Below, piece after piece: positions 36,416 to 49,572 of a stretch of DNA of 64,000 nucleotides. The notes under the pieces were generated by a model. That model saw nothing but the letters and a program-made list of their open reading frames with translations, had not been told where the DNA came from and did no database searches. The DNA lies in assembly GCF_001194135.2 (NCBI RefSeq), contig NC_068983.1:66519634-66583633 (forward strand), in the 5' to 3' direction. This stretch comes from Octopus bimaculoides (taxonomy: Eukaryota). Each line of letters begins with the position of its first letter. The first letter of the stretch is position 1. The translations under genes were made by a program, and so were the position numbers.

Positions 36416-37299
36416 CGAGGTCTGATCAATAAATATCCAGACTGTTGTCATAGTAATGAAGCTAAAGCATGCAGAGTAAAGCTGCTTGGCACAGATTGAC
36501 ATTGAACTCTGCTGTGCATGCGCACTAAGTTTTAACATTCTAGCTCACTTCTGCTGTGCTTGGAAGGAACGTGTATAGTGTGTAATTGTTGCATTGACCC
36601 TGACTGAGCAAGCTGTCATGGCGATACCTGCTCAGAAGCCTTCGCAAAGTTGCAGAAAATGTATGGAGAGGAGTGTATGGGCCGCACACAAGTATATGAG
36701 TGGTTCAGACATTTTCAAGATGGCTGAAAAAATGTCGATAGTGACAAATGTCCTGGGAGATCCATAACCAGCAGAACTGAGAAAAAAGTGCAGATGTGCA
36801 TGCAGCTGTGAGGAGAAATCATGGAATTGCCATTCGTGAGTTATCAGAGGATGTGCAGTTTAGTTACAGTTCAGTTCAGTCCATTATCACTGAAGATTTG
36901 GGTATGGGATGCATGTCTGCCAAGTTTGTACCAAAACTGTTTTCAGCTGACCAAAAAGACACTCGAGTTTCAGTTTTGCAAGATATCCTTGATTGTGTCG
37001 AGAATGATGAAAAGTTTTTGAAAACTTTGTGTAGGCCTCTGAGAAGGTATCGCCAAACTTTTGGCAAGTTATGATTCAGATTCTCTGCTCAACTTTCTCT
37101 GTCATGGTCAATGCAATAATCACATGCTACACACCTTCCTTCCAAGCACTGCTGTAAACAACAGAAGTAAGCTAGAACATTAAAACTTAGTGTGCATGTA
37201 CAACAAGGTTCAAGGTCAATCTGTGCCAAGCAGCTTTACTTTGCACACTTTAGCTTCGTTACTGTGGCAACAGTCTGGATACTTATTGATCAGACCATG
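36416..37299 (+). mobile_element. Mariner derivative with two 5' ends
   Basis: TIRs cgaggtctgatcaataaatatccagactg and rc, with flanking TA; HTH region YGEECMGRTQVYEWFRHFQDG and SAKFVPKLFSADQK; right end is an inverted copy of the 5' end. Confidence 0.88.
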
Positions 37300-37660
37300 T
37301 ATATGTGGCAGTTCTGACTTCATTTTCAAATGCTGTTACCTTGTTGGCTGTAGCACTTTCATTGTTACTATCATGATGTGACCACAGCGGGTGTTTTTCA
37401 TTCTGGTTTATATCTCCTCTCTTGTTATTTTAATGTATTGTTTGCTGCCTTTTCTATTTGTTGAGTCAGAAGTAATTCACACGTCATAAGTTATAGTTCT
37501 AGTTGGTAGGTTATTGAACAGTTGGTTAATTTTACTGTTATTAATGCAGTGCATATGCTGCTCTAAATTAATTGAGTTAGTGTATGATACCTTCACTGTA
37601 TGTCTATTAAAAATACCAGGGTATCTATTTGATTTTGAGAAACATTTGTCTAAAGCAGCA

Positions 37661-37723
<63 letters not shown>

Positions 37724-38292
37724 GGCATATTCACACACACACACACATCTATACATACAATTCTTTTATTGGTGTCAGTCAGTGAATAGTGGCACTGGCC
37801 ATTAAGAGTTTTTAGTTGATCACATCGATCCCAGTACTTATTTTAGTCTACTATTTTTTTTGATACAACTCTGCTTTTAGATGCTAGCATTGTGGTCAAA
37901 CACATATAACAGACATGGGTACATGTGCACATAACAAAAGATTTTTGCACAAAGAGAAGGCCATGCATGTGTCCAGCAGCGTCCCCCACGAGCGTTTTCT
38001 GCCATGCCGAGAAGGCGCACCATAGGTGACACAATGGAACGCAGCATAAACCACACATTGAAGCCAGCCCCCATTGGCCGAAGGCACAACCACACACTAA
38101 TGCGAAATTGGTTGCTTGACATGGTGGTGGCGATGGCCAGAAAGGTGCCAGGGAAGCCAAGTCTGATGCCAATGCTACAGCCTCATACCGGTCCAACCAA
38201 CCCAGTCCTCAGAGCCAATCCTTCTTCCGAAGATATTGATCCATTTTGCTGACTTCCCTTACCTACATTGGCGCTATCGACGAGAGGCTGTA

Positions 38293-38447
38293 CAGGAGTG
38301 GCTGTGTGGTAAGTAACTTGGTTACCAACCACAGGGTTCCGGGTTCAGTCCCACTGTGTGGCACCTTGGGGAAGTGTCTTTTACTATAGCCTCGGGCCGA
38401 CCAAAGCCTTCTGAGTGGATTTGGTAAGCAGAAACTGAAAGAAGCCT

Positions 38448-38486
<39 letters not shown>

Positions 38487-38722
38487 NNNNNNNNNNNNNN
38501 NNNNNNNNNNNNNNNNNNNNNNNNNNNNNNNNNNNNNNNNNNNNNNNNNNNNNNNNNNNNNNNNNNNNNNNNNNNNNNNNNNNNNNNNNNNNNNNNNNNN
38601 NNNNNNNNNNNNNNNNNNNNNNNNNNNNNNNNNNNNNNNNNNNNNNNNNNNNNNNNNNNNNNNNNNNNNNNNNNNNNNNNNNNNNNNNNNNNNNNNNNNN
38701 NNNNNNNNNNNNNNNNNNNNNN

Positions 38723-38755
<33 letters not shown>

Positions 38756-38965
38756 GTTTGTGTGTCTTTGTTTGTTCCCCCAACATCGCTTGACAACAGA
38801 TGCTGGTGTGTTTACATCCCCGTCACTTAATGGTTCGACAAGAGGGACTGATAGAATAAGTACTAGGCTTACAAAGAATAAGTCCTGGGGTCGATTTGCT
38901 CGACTAAAGGCGGTGCTGCAGCATGGCAACAGTCAAATGACTGAAATGAATAAAAGAAAAAAAAA
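38293..38965 (+). mobile_element. tRNA-derived SINE with internal (TA)n/gap
   Basis: caggagtggctgtgtggtaag...ggttccgggttcagtcccactg...gaaactgaaagaagcc and 3' body ending gtcaaatgactgaaatgaataaaagaaaaa; inverse copy at 50700-51075. Confidence 0.85.
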
Positions 38966-39004
38966 GTCTTTGTTTATCGAATTCTGCCCACAAACCAGGC
39001 ACAA

Positions 39005-39165
39005 TCATGACTGTGTGGTTAAGAAGTTTGCTTCCCAGCTACGTGGTTTCAGGTTCAGTCCCTTTCATGGCTCCTTGAGATAAGGTCATTAGCTTTAGCC
39101 CCAGACCAACCAAAGCATTGTGAGTGGACGTGGACATCATAGACAAAAACAGAAAGAAGACTGTA
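39005..39165 (+). mobile_element. tRNA-derived SINE 5' part
   Basis: gactgtgtggttaagaagtttgcttcccag...ggtttcaggttcagtccc...accaaagcattgtgagtgga. Confidence 0.75.
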
Positions 39166-39199
39166 TGTATGTATGTATGTATGTATGTATGCTTGTATG

Positions 39200-39420
39200 T
39201 ATGGGGGTCTTAAAAGACATGTTAGGATCCACAATGAGCAGAACTTACTTGCAGGTATTGGTAGTGCAAATCAGAGGTGCAATCTGTGTGGGTGTTTTTT
39301 CAAAACACTGTCTGGTTTAAAAAGCCACATCAGACGCCATGAAAGGGCTAAGGTGTAGGTGCAGGAGGTGGTCAAACTCTGTTTAAGGAGTAGACAACCA
39401 CCATGTATGTATGTATGTAT
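39200..39420 (+). mobile_element. Probable LINE 3' end encoding C2H2-like fingers, with (GTAT)n tail
   Basis: GGLKRHVRIH...CNLCGCFFKTLSGLKSHIRRH, stop, short UTR, then gtatgtatgtat tail; no splice signals. Confidence 0.55.
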
Positions 39421-39444
39421 GTACGTTTGTTTGTTCATTCTCTT

Positions 39445-39730
39445 GTTTTTCATCATCATTTAATGTCCATTATCCATTCTGGCATGGGTTGGACAGTTTG
39501 ACCAGAGCTAGCAGGCTGGGGAACTGCACCAGACTCCAATCTGATCTGGCATAGTTTCTACAGCCAGATGCACTTCCTAATGCCAACCACTTTACAGAGT
39601 GTGCTGTGTGCATGTACATGCCACTGCATGGGTGCCTTTTACATGGTGCTGCATGAATGCTTGTATGTGGTACCACACAGGTACTTTTATGTGGCATTGC
39701 ATGGATGCTTTTACGTGACACCACCATGAG
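39445..39730 (-). mobile_element. RTE-tailed SINE with internally duplicated motif
   Basis: catcatcattttaatgtccat...gtttctacagccagatgc...repeated gggtgccttttacatg-like units. Confidence 0.7.
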
Positions 39731-39789
39731 TGCTTTTCACCACCAGAGGGACTGATCTTAACACTTTTGCTATGGAGTATGGGTCGTCT

Positions 39790-40900
39790 TGAATACCGCA
39801 AGGTACTGAACAGTTCAGTATCCTGAGGTTGTTCTTCTGTACTTCATGCCATATCTTCCTGGGTCTCCCACTTACATGTGTTTCATTTACTTTGAGAGAT
39901 TGGCACTTCTTTATTGTGCATTAAGGTTGGGATTCTTCTTTTCAAACAAAATTTTCAACCAGAATGATTCATCTTGAGAAGGAGCATTCTTAATGGTAAT
40001 ATTTTCCTCCTTCATCTGTTTGTATAATGTTTGTGGGTTTGAAGCAAACTTGTGATTTATACAGGCTTGTTAAAAAATTCGTTTTCAGTAGCAAAGATTT
40101 CAGTCAGTGCTTTGAGTTTACGTTTTAGACTAATTAACCTTCCCTCAAGAGCTTGGTATGGAGAGTCACCATAGTTTTGTTAATTTATTCATATAATGTA
40201 ATTGATGAGGTGTAAAACTCATTATTCCTCTTATATTTTAATATTGTGGTTAACCATCCAATATGGCAGCACAGAGTTTTGTTTTCCATCTAGGTTGCTT
40301 CCATTTAATAGTTTCATTAACATGTATAGTGCAAATTTCTCCTTGGTGTTCTTTAAGAGTGTATATGTGTATATGAGGTTATTAATATTCCAGTAACTAA
40401 CTTCACATGATTCCATTTGCTCTCCAGCAACATCATCTATAACTTTCAACATTAAAACCATTGGATTTTACTTAATCTTGTTAAGAATGGCCTGTTACTT
40501 AATGATAATTTTAAAAAAATAGAAAAGTTTCCTATGAACTATGGTTTCAGGATGTTTCTAAGTTGAATATATTTCACAGTTGTCTCAGGCATATTTGGAG
40601 AGACACGAGAATTTAGTGATGACAGTAGCAGTTTGTTTACATTTTCTTTGATCTCTCTTGTAATAGGTTTTGGCCAGTTCTGTGTTTTAAGAACAATTTA
40701 CATCATCAGAGCAAGTCATTTTTTTTTTAAAGAAAGATGCTTGTTACTGAAGTTGTCTTGCAGTAAATGTGATTAAGTTGGGGTGACACTTATCCCAGTA
40801 TCCTTAAAATAGAATAGAATGGTCTTTACAGGCATTTTCATGAAGTAGATCTTAGTTTAGATGTAGAGTCCAAGTAAAATGAGAGGAGTACTTTAATCTT
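39790..40900 (-). mobile_element. Highly degraded RTE LINE C-terminal region
   Basis: Minus strand VSGRPRKIWHEVQKNNL and KEKFALY, resembling RTE GRPRKTW and KGxLY motifs. Confidence 0.5.
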
Positions 40901-41436
40901 CACAGACAGCTTACTTGTGCTGTAGTGCTCCTTTTGTCTGTGGTATTGTTATTAATTTCAGCTATGATCATGTTAGTGAAATTCCAAGTGGTATAAGGTA
41001 TATTTTAAAAAATCCAGTCTGAATAATGCTACATAAAAGGTATTTCTCTTGTTTATAATGGGAGAAATAAACCAGTTACTTATTTAGGCTGGAAGAGATG
41101 GCATAAATGTAGAACAAAACGTTCAAAAAGAAATTTTAAACAATTCTCTATACCTGTACATCTGATGGTCATGTATTTTGTATGCTTGCATGCATGCATG
41201 CATGCATCCATCCTTGTCTTGTCATTGCATGATAGTTGTAAATATGTGCGACTGTCTTACAAGCAGTGTTATTCATTTACAATGTTCAGTATAGACATAT
41301 CTGGCCATGGGCAAATATTACTTTGCTTGGAAACAAGTGAGTATTAGCTACAAAAAGGGCCTCAAGTCATAGAAAATTTGCCTCAATAAACATTATATTG
41401 CGTCTCTCATATGTGTGTGTGTGTGTATATATATAT

Positions 41437-41767
41437 AGGTGCATGCCTTAGTGTTTATGGTATTCCCTAGTGGCTTGGATATTTGGCTCATGATCTTAAA
41501 GTCACAAGTTCAATTCCCAGCAGTGTGTTGCATCTTTGAGCAATACATTTTATTTCACATTGCACCAGTTCACTCAGCTTGCAAAAATGAGTATTACTTG
41601 TATTTCAAAGGGCCAGACTTGTCTCATTCTTTGTCATGCTGAATCTCTGAGAACTATGTTAAGGGTACGCATGTCTGTGGAGTGTTCAGCTACTTGCACG
41701 TTAATTTCGTGAACTTGCTGTTCCATTGATTGGATCAACTGGACCCTTGTCGTCGTAAGCGATGGAA
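41437..41767 (+). mobile_element. tRNA-derived SINE (second family)
   Basis: caagttcaattcccagc...tttgagcaatacattttatttcacattgcaccagttcactcagcttgcaaaaatgagt...gacccttgtcgtcgtaagcgatgga. Confidence 0.75.
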
Positions 41768-42329
41768 GGCCATATACATAGACACACATATTTGCGTTTG
41801 TGCGTGCATATGCGTGTGTTGCATAGTGCTTCTGGAATTCTGAACTGCAAATGGCCTAACCATCTGCAATGCAAAGACCACAATGCTGTCCAGCCATACA
41901 TATGATCATTTATCAAGAGATTAATCCGCAAGCTAGAAAACGTGATAGGGAGATGACTACAAAGGGTCATTCTTTCTTTTGTGAAGAATGTGTCAACCCA
42001 ACATGCTGTACTAGCTAACCTCCCCCCTCACCACAGATCATTAATTATTAACATCAATCAATGCTTTACCTACAGCAATTTCTACAATTATCCATTATTT
42101 GTGTTCTATCTTATCAACAAACATATTACTACCGTAAGTGTCTCCCTCTCTCACATTTCACTCTGCCATTATTGTCTCTCTCTCATTACACCCTACCACT
42201 ACTAATGTTCATTACCCCTTCTAGCACAGTTCTCTCCAGTGTTACCTTCTCTACTCAGATCAATCTATTTTGTTTCTCCCCCTTGTTCAATAACTACAAT
42301 TATCTCTTACATTGTCTAAATGAACAGGG

Positions 42330-42575
42330 ACAATATTGTGTTGAGAGGACTCTTGCCAAGGATATGAGAACCTCTTTAACACTGCATGATAAAATGCATC
42401 TCGTATAATATGTAAAGTGATGGAAGGGGCATCTAGTCAAAGAAACTATGCAAAAATAAAATATACAAGTAAAACTTAGTCTGCCAACCTGTCTAAGTGA
42501 GTAATAACCCTAAGTAAGAACTGACAAAAGATACTAACAATCCTTGCAATCCATACCAGCATGGAAATCAGATGT
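42330..42575 (+). mobile_element. RTE-tailed SINE, degraded
   Basis: gaaggggcatctagtcaaagaaactatgc...ccataccagcatggaaatcagatgtaaa. Confidence 0.55.
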
Positions 42576-45500
42576 AAAACAGTGGCAGCAGCAGCAGCTA
42601 TGATGGGGGAAGTTATGTATGTATGTATGTATGTATGTATGTATGTATGTATGTATGTGTTTGTTGTGTGTGTGTTTGTGTGAGCATATGTATCTACATT
42701 TATACTAAAAATACTATTCTTAGAAGTAAAATGGGTTAAGTATTATTACCCACTGATGTTGAAGACTAAAGAACATTCTAAAAAGGACTGTCAATTTTTT
42801 GTGAATAAATTAAAAATTTATCCATACTGTAATTTGAAAACAATATATTTTGAATATTTAATGTAATATTGTGTTTAAGATCTTTAATTTATTTCCAATT
42901 TACTTTAGAATAACAAACTAGGATAAAATAGATTTGAAAGCATGAATTAAATCAAAAGTCATTTGTTTTACACATCACTTCACAAGATCATGTTAGAAAT
43001 GGGTTTGAATTCTTTCTGAACTAGCATATTACATTTGCTATTTAACAGGTCTATTAATGTGCTTCTTTACTTATCTTAATTGAAAATAAGTACTGTTTCT
43101 ATCATTGTGTAGATGATGTAAAGAATAGCATCTAGATTTAAAAATCATATCACACACTTGTATACGCTTTAAAAAGTGTGCATTAAATCTTGTATGAAAA
43201 GAAAATTTTAATTTAAATGAATAAATTCTTTATTTATTTTAGTTTTTGTCAATATTATGGAGTATATGTTTTCCATTGAAGGACACATTAAAGTTTCAAA
43301 GTAATTATTGTGATAAGCTCAAAATAAATATTCTTTTTTAATTTTTCTGATTTTGATGGGTTATAATGAATTGAATGGAATAAATCCTTCACTTGTGGTG
43401 ATAACATTAAATTATCCATTGAATATGACCCTCATTAACATTGAATTGGTTAGTAAAATTATTTACTGACTAACTGAAAAGTAAATAATCATCTTAATTT
43501 GTACTATTTTAAATACTGAGTCCATTGACACAAATTATTGACTGCCTATAAGAATCTTTAAAGTTATTAGGTTAACCAAGTAGTGGTCTAGTGACCGTAT
43601 TTCAGTAATGATATAATTTTGAAAATGCAATAACATTTTCAGATTATAAGAATAGTTTTAAGAGTTTCTATAAAATATATTTAAATAACTGATGTAGACT
43701 ATATTATAAAAATCACCTCTCTGGTGGAGCAATAACAGGTAATGCAATAATGAGAATAAATAATTATAACTGTGTTGCAAAATAAAGGCATATAAAAGAA
43801 ATTTTACCATATACTATGTTATGCAAGTTCTATACTAAGAATCTGAAACACTAAATTTTAATTTTTGAATTCTCTTTTCCTTTTTAAATTCTTTTCTAAT
43901 TTTAGAGTTAGTAGTAGTAATTTGTGATTGCTCATATTTTCCAACTATTCAGTTCATATCAAAGGTAATTGACTTAACACAAATTAAAGCCAGGAAGCCA
44001 CCATAATTTATAATTTTAATTGTTCTCTTTTAGCACTTGCAATCTACTGTTTCAAACACTGTTAATTATACTCTCATTTTTAAATCAAAATATGCAGTGT
44101 TATTAGCTTAAATCTGTTACTTAGAGCAAAGATACTTTGATGCCCATCAATTTTATGGCAAATGACCTGCAACAGAAGGGATCAGTTCTGTTATTTTAAC
44201 ATAGTGAAAATTGAATTTAGGATAAACATGAAAGTGATTCTGCATAAAGCAAACTTAACAATTGTTATGTTGACCGTGTAAGTCTTCTGAATGAAATTAC
44301 ACAAGGTGAAGATAGAATAGATGATTTATGTTGATGGAACAGAATTAGAAAAACTTATGCTATTACTAGTCACAAATACATATAACTGTAGCTTGTGAAG
44401 TAGTCCTTTGTTAACCAGCTATGTTTTCTTTCCATCTTTTCTCTGAAAATTCTACTAGCTTCTAATCCATCAAACTTTTCAAACCCATTCTTATCTGTTG
44501 AAAACTATTTGCTGCACTCATGGCTTTATCTGTCTCTTTTATATTATATTTCTCCCAAAATATTTTATACTTAATTATTTCAGACAGTTCTTCAACCTAA
44601 ATAGTCACTCACTAACCTCCAAGATTCAAGCGAGAAAATCTTATTAGACAGGCTGATACAAACCTTGCACTTTAAAACATTCTATAAAATTATACAGGTG
44701 ATTATTTAATTATAAGTTCATCATAAATAAATATATATTTTAGTGTTAACAATAACTGCTTGAACGTTAATGTATGGATTTTATATATCCATTCCCAGCT
44801 TTACATGAATGGCAGTTTATGAAAGCTTATGTAAATATAAATGTATCACTCCATATGTGGACTGATACATTTCTATTTACATAAGCATGTCTTGAAGCAA
44901 GAAAATTGTTATATATTAATACATTTCTGACATATCTTCATAAATATAATTTGATACACTGACATCTAATCACAGTTAGGTATACATGTGTGTATGTTTG
45001 TGTGCATGTGTACATTTTTAACAGGTACTTAAATTAGAAGTGGTGTATAAAAATTTAAGTATTAGTTAGGTTCTTCTTGGTACTGACTCTTAAAATATAG
45101 ATGCTTTTGTTTTTCCTCTACTCTTGTATCATTGCTTAGATTTTTTTTACATGCAGATTATATTTGAGTGTACACAGATTTTTATACAGTGAATTTTAAA
45201 ATAATGTAATGGAAGGGAGTAAAATTCTCTACATAAATGCATTTTCATGATATGCACAACCACCTATATGATAAGCTCAACAAGGAAACACATGCAGATA
45301 TCTTCATACTATCAAGCGTTACACAGACATAGAAACAAATACTCAGACTTATACTGTCCAGTGTTTCCAGTAAAATCTCAATTATAAATATTATTTCTTT
45401 CCAGCTTTCATCCATTATATTTCTTCTCTCATTTCCTCTGTTAAATCTATCCTTTCCTACTTGCTCTCCATTTTTTTACTCAGTCTAACTCTTTCTTCTC

Positions 45501-46069
45501 TGCATGGAGTGTTTTCTATTCCTCTAGTTATAAGACTTTTGCTCATTTCAAATACATCAGCTCAATAAACATACTGTAAGTGTTATAATAACAAGTACCA
45601 ATAGTCCTCCAGCAAAATAACTAATATCTTCTTCTTTTCTATCTATCCTCATCACTTCCAATGTTTCCCTTCTCCCTTCATTCTTTTTTCATATATTTAT
45701 TGCTCTCTCTGTTTTCCAAACTATAAACTACTGTTTGCATTATTTTTCTCTCTATATTTCTTCCTGTTTGAATCAGTTCTATATTCTCATCATATTCTTC
45801 TTTTATTCATTTTCTCCAACATACTTTCTCACCATCATTCATTCTACTATTTTATTCCCAACTACCTCTTTCTATCTTTTCTCACTTTCCATTAATCTCC
45901 TTCTCCCTCTCTGCCTCATCATTAGAGTATTACCTAAATGAATTTAAAAGAGTTAACGTTTCCAAATGAAGTGAATTTATTGAGAACTAGAATGAGATGA
46001 TAGTATATTACCGTGGAACATGAGAGAATTGAGTGGTAAGTCGGAAAATAGTATCACTACTGCTTAGAC

Positions 46070-46200
46070 AACAGCGACAAGGACAACATCAAAAACAATA
46101 ACAGCAGCGGCAGCAGTAGCAGTTACAGCAGCAGTAGCATCAACAGCAGAGGCAGTGGAAACAGTTTTGGTGGTGGCGGCAACAGCAGCAGCAACTGGGT
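46070..46200. repeat. Imperfect (CAG/CAA)n low-complexity tract
   Basis: acaacagcgacaaggacaacatc...gcagcggcagcagtagcag. Confidence 0.8.
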
Positions 46201-46727
46201 TTTGTCGCAGAGGCATAATTGAGGTAAAAGAAAAAGGAAAAAGAGGAAAAGGAGAAGTGTAAGACAAGAAATAGAAGCCATAAACCATGAAGTGGATACA
46301 CATTGATAAGAAATAGCCAGAAATGTCTGGGGGGGGATCTCTACAAAAAACATCTTTCCTACACCCCACCAAAAACAAAACAAAACAAAACAAAGCAAAA
46401 AGAAAACAAAATTAATATGAAAAATATTTTAAAATACATGTATTGTAAATCTATACCATTTTAAGTATATGTTAAGAATTAAAGAAAGTAAAATCCCTTC
46501 TTTGCTGTTGAAGTATCACCTAACAAGGAATACCTTTTTTCCCAATTTCACTGTATAACTTGTTTTGCTTGCGTGGAGGAAGATTTGACAATTTACCATA
46601 GTACTACTAGCAGCATCAGAACTAGCAAGAGGCATTAAAGAGGAGGAAAAAAAAACATCCAAAAACCAACAATGTTGTACCTTTTGCCAATAAGTCCTGT
46701 TAGGTAAGTTAGGTGTATTATTATTAT

Positions 46728-46731
46728 CATG

Positions 46732-46803
<72 letters not shown>
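46728..46803. repeat. (ATT)n microsatellite
   Basis: Direct reading. Confidence 0.95.
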
Positions 46804-46804
<1 letters not shown>

Positions 46805-48887
46805 CATCCATACTACTAATACTATCTATTAGTCTTCTCATCATTTGGGCTTGATTTAATTTATTGTAACCTTTCTCCAAAATGTGTAGTGGTTCTGTGC
46901 CTATCTTAGAAATTATTCTTCTCATCAGGGTTGATGAAAAAAAGTACCAGTCAGATAGAAGGGTTGATGGTATCAACTAACTTCCTCCCCTCAAAAATTT
47001 CTGGCCTTGTGCCTAAATTAGAAACCATTATTATTTCTCATATTATTATAATTACCATTTGCAGTCTTTTTTACTATTTATGTATTTTATCAAATGAATA
47101 AATTCCTTGATGTAAATGCCAAATTTTTGGTGTCTTGGCATATTTTTTTCAGTTTCAGTGTTCAACATGTGCTTGTTAACAAGTATTGTGCTTCATATAT
47201 TCATATATTCCTGCATTCATAAGAATGTGTATACTTATAAGTATTCTATAGCATCTCCAAAAACTCTTTCAGCTTTCACCATTTATATATTCGTACTCAA
47301 ATATGAACCAATGAGAGAATCTCTACGCAGTTGCTTTATCTGTAGCAAATAGTTAACAAATCTCCCTCAATTCACACCTACTGACATAAAAAAAAGGGTA
47401 TATTAGATAATGTAGTCTTGGATACATTTTACTTGAAACCGGGGACAGATTGGTCATTTCTAGAATTCTATAGATCATAGGTTTGTTTATTCAGTTACTG
47501 ATGACCTAGGGCTGAAGAATATCAGTAGCAACATTCTCAAATACTTTGTTAAATGTATATTGTGAATAAATGCCTTTATTTATTGATACAACTATTTGCT
47601 AACTAGATATTATTTGAAAACATTGATTTCTTATTAAAACTGATTGTTTATACATACTCAATGCTATATTTATCCAACTTATAGTCTGCAATTCTTTATG
47701 AGTATAACTTTATGTAATTTAGCTGAACATGGTTCCAACATTTTTATCTGTAATATAAAGTTGAAATAGATTTAAAGTATGTTATTTTGTATCAGTAGTA
47801 TATTCTTTGTTGCAATTAAAATAATATACTATTTATATCGAAAGGTAAAAAGAAAATCAGTGTGTGGGGGGTGCTTGTGTGTGTGTGCATGTATGTGTGT
47901 GTGTGTGTGTGTATGTGTGTGTGTGTGCGTGTATGTATGTGTGTGTGTGATGTTTATGTATTCAGGAATGGAGAAAGGTCATAACTCAAGACATATACCC
48001 GTACAGATGTACTCTTCCCCTATGTGTATGCAAGTGTATATGTATATGCACACTGAGAACGAATAATATTCATATCATTCACCTTACATATTCAAATATT
48101 TCAATTGATTTAGTATTTCTTAATTTCTAGTCATGTCTGTATGAAATTACAAGGTAAATCTCATATCATGCCTTCCCATAGAGTTTTGTTACTATTATTA
48201 TTTATTTTCTGAACCAGTATTGAGTACATGTGAAATGAAATAAATTTTGTAGTTACTCGCAGAAAGACAACACTTATTAGAATCACAAGATTGTAGCTGA
48301 GATCTTGGAATCAAAATTGATTTAAGTTAGTTTCATAAAAATTCTACCTTTATGAGTTAAAAAAATCTAATATAACAAACAGATTGTAATCTATTTTGTA
48401 AAACACTTTTAAAATATTCTTTAATGGTACATAAACAACTTAACATTAATAACTAGACAAGCAAAAAAAGTCATTAGTAAATGCATATGTACCTGTGTGT
48501 GTGTGTGTGTGCGTGTGTGTGTGTGAGTGTGTGTGTGTGCATGTATATGTATGTATGTCTTCATGTATTGTTAATTTTTCATTTACTTATACATTTATAT
48601 TCCTTCCATACTATAGGTATAAATATCTTTTAACTCAGAAGGATGCGCAAATACATGCCTGTGTCTATGTGAGGACACACAGTAGTACATGTACTCATTG
48701 CATGCATACCTGCATGTGTTTTCTATGCATATATATATATACATATATATAAACACATACAAAGATGGATTTGCATCTATGTGGATGGGATGTAAGAATT
48801 CATGAAGAAAGACATAATATAAATACATATGTAGAAACATACATGTTATGATATGTGTCTGTGAATGTATTTATAAATATATTGATA

Positions 48888-48959
<72 letters not shown>

Positions 48960-49286
48960 CGTGTGTGTGTGTTTGTATGTATATACATACACACACCTAC
49001 GGTCTTCTATACAAAGAAATGGTGAGAGAAAACAGATAGAGAAAGGATATATATGTATATACATGCACACACACGCAAATATGTATGTGTGTATATGAAG
49101 TGTGAAAGTGTATTTCATGTGACATAATACGTATGTGCAATCATGATTTGCCATAGGTACATATTCAATTGTGAGAAGATTGATTAGTATTTAGGGCAGT
49201 TAACTCATAAGTAGTTACTGCAAGAATTCTCTCAAATTTCTGTAGAAATATCTAAGGCAGACCATTTGGTGTTTTTAGTAACATAT

Positions 49287-49331
<45 letters not shown>

Positions 49332-49521
49332 TTATATATATATATATATATAAATATATATATATCTGTGTATAGGTATGCATGTAAATATATAAATATG
49401 GATGTATATTTATATATGTATATATGTATATAGATATATGTATGTATATATGTATGCATATATACATGCATGTATGTATATATATATGTGTGTATATATA
49501 TGTATGTATATATGTATGAAG

Positions 49522-49572
<51 letters not shown>

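Larger units (their letters stand above)
35450..37655 (-). mobile_element. Penelope-like element remnant (linker, GIY-YIG, 3' UTR, hammerhead) interrupted by a mariner
   Basis: 37480-37655 LDKCFSKSNRYPGIFNRHTVKVSYTN; 36010-36400 CREKSKC...VYNCTVHTREGPYIYIGATADSFKYRYCNH...LTWSIIRNAQPY...RRCKL; hammerhead about 450 nt downstream. Confidence 0.8.

Noticed and set aside
43243-43300. Possible 58-nt exon (tattttAG...aaa/GTAATT)
   Set aside because: Weak donor and no recognisable peptide; such sites are frequent in AT-rich DNA. Similar weak candidates near 1710, 3413, 18414 and 47495 were also dropped.
46064-46393. Poly-Ala/poly-Gln-like ORF
   Set aside because: Trinucleotide low-complexity tract without splice sites or flanking coding signal.
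47495-47520. CTGATGA...CTGAAGA hammerhead-like words
   Set aside because: No stem II followed by GAAA and no stem I/III pairing.
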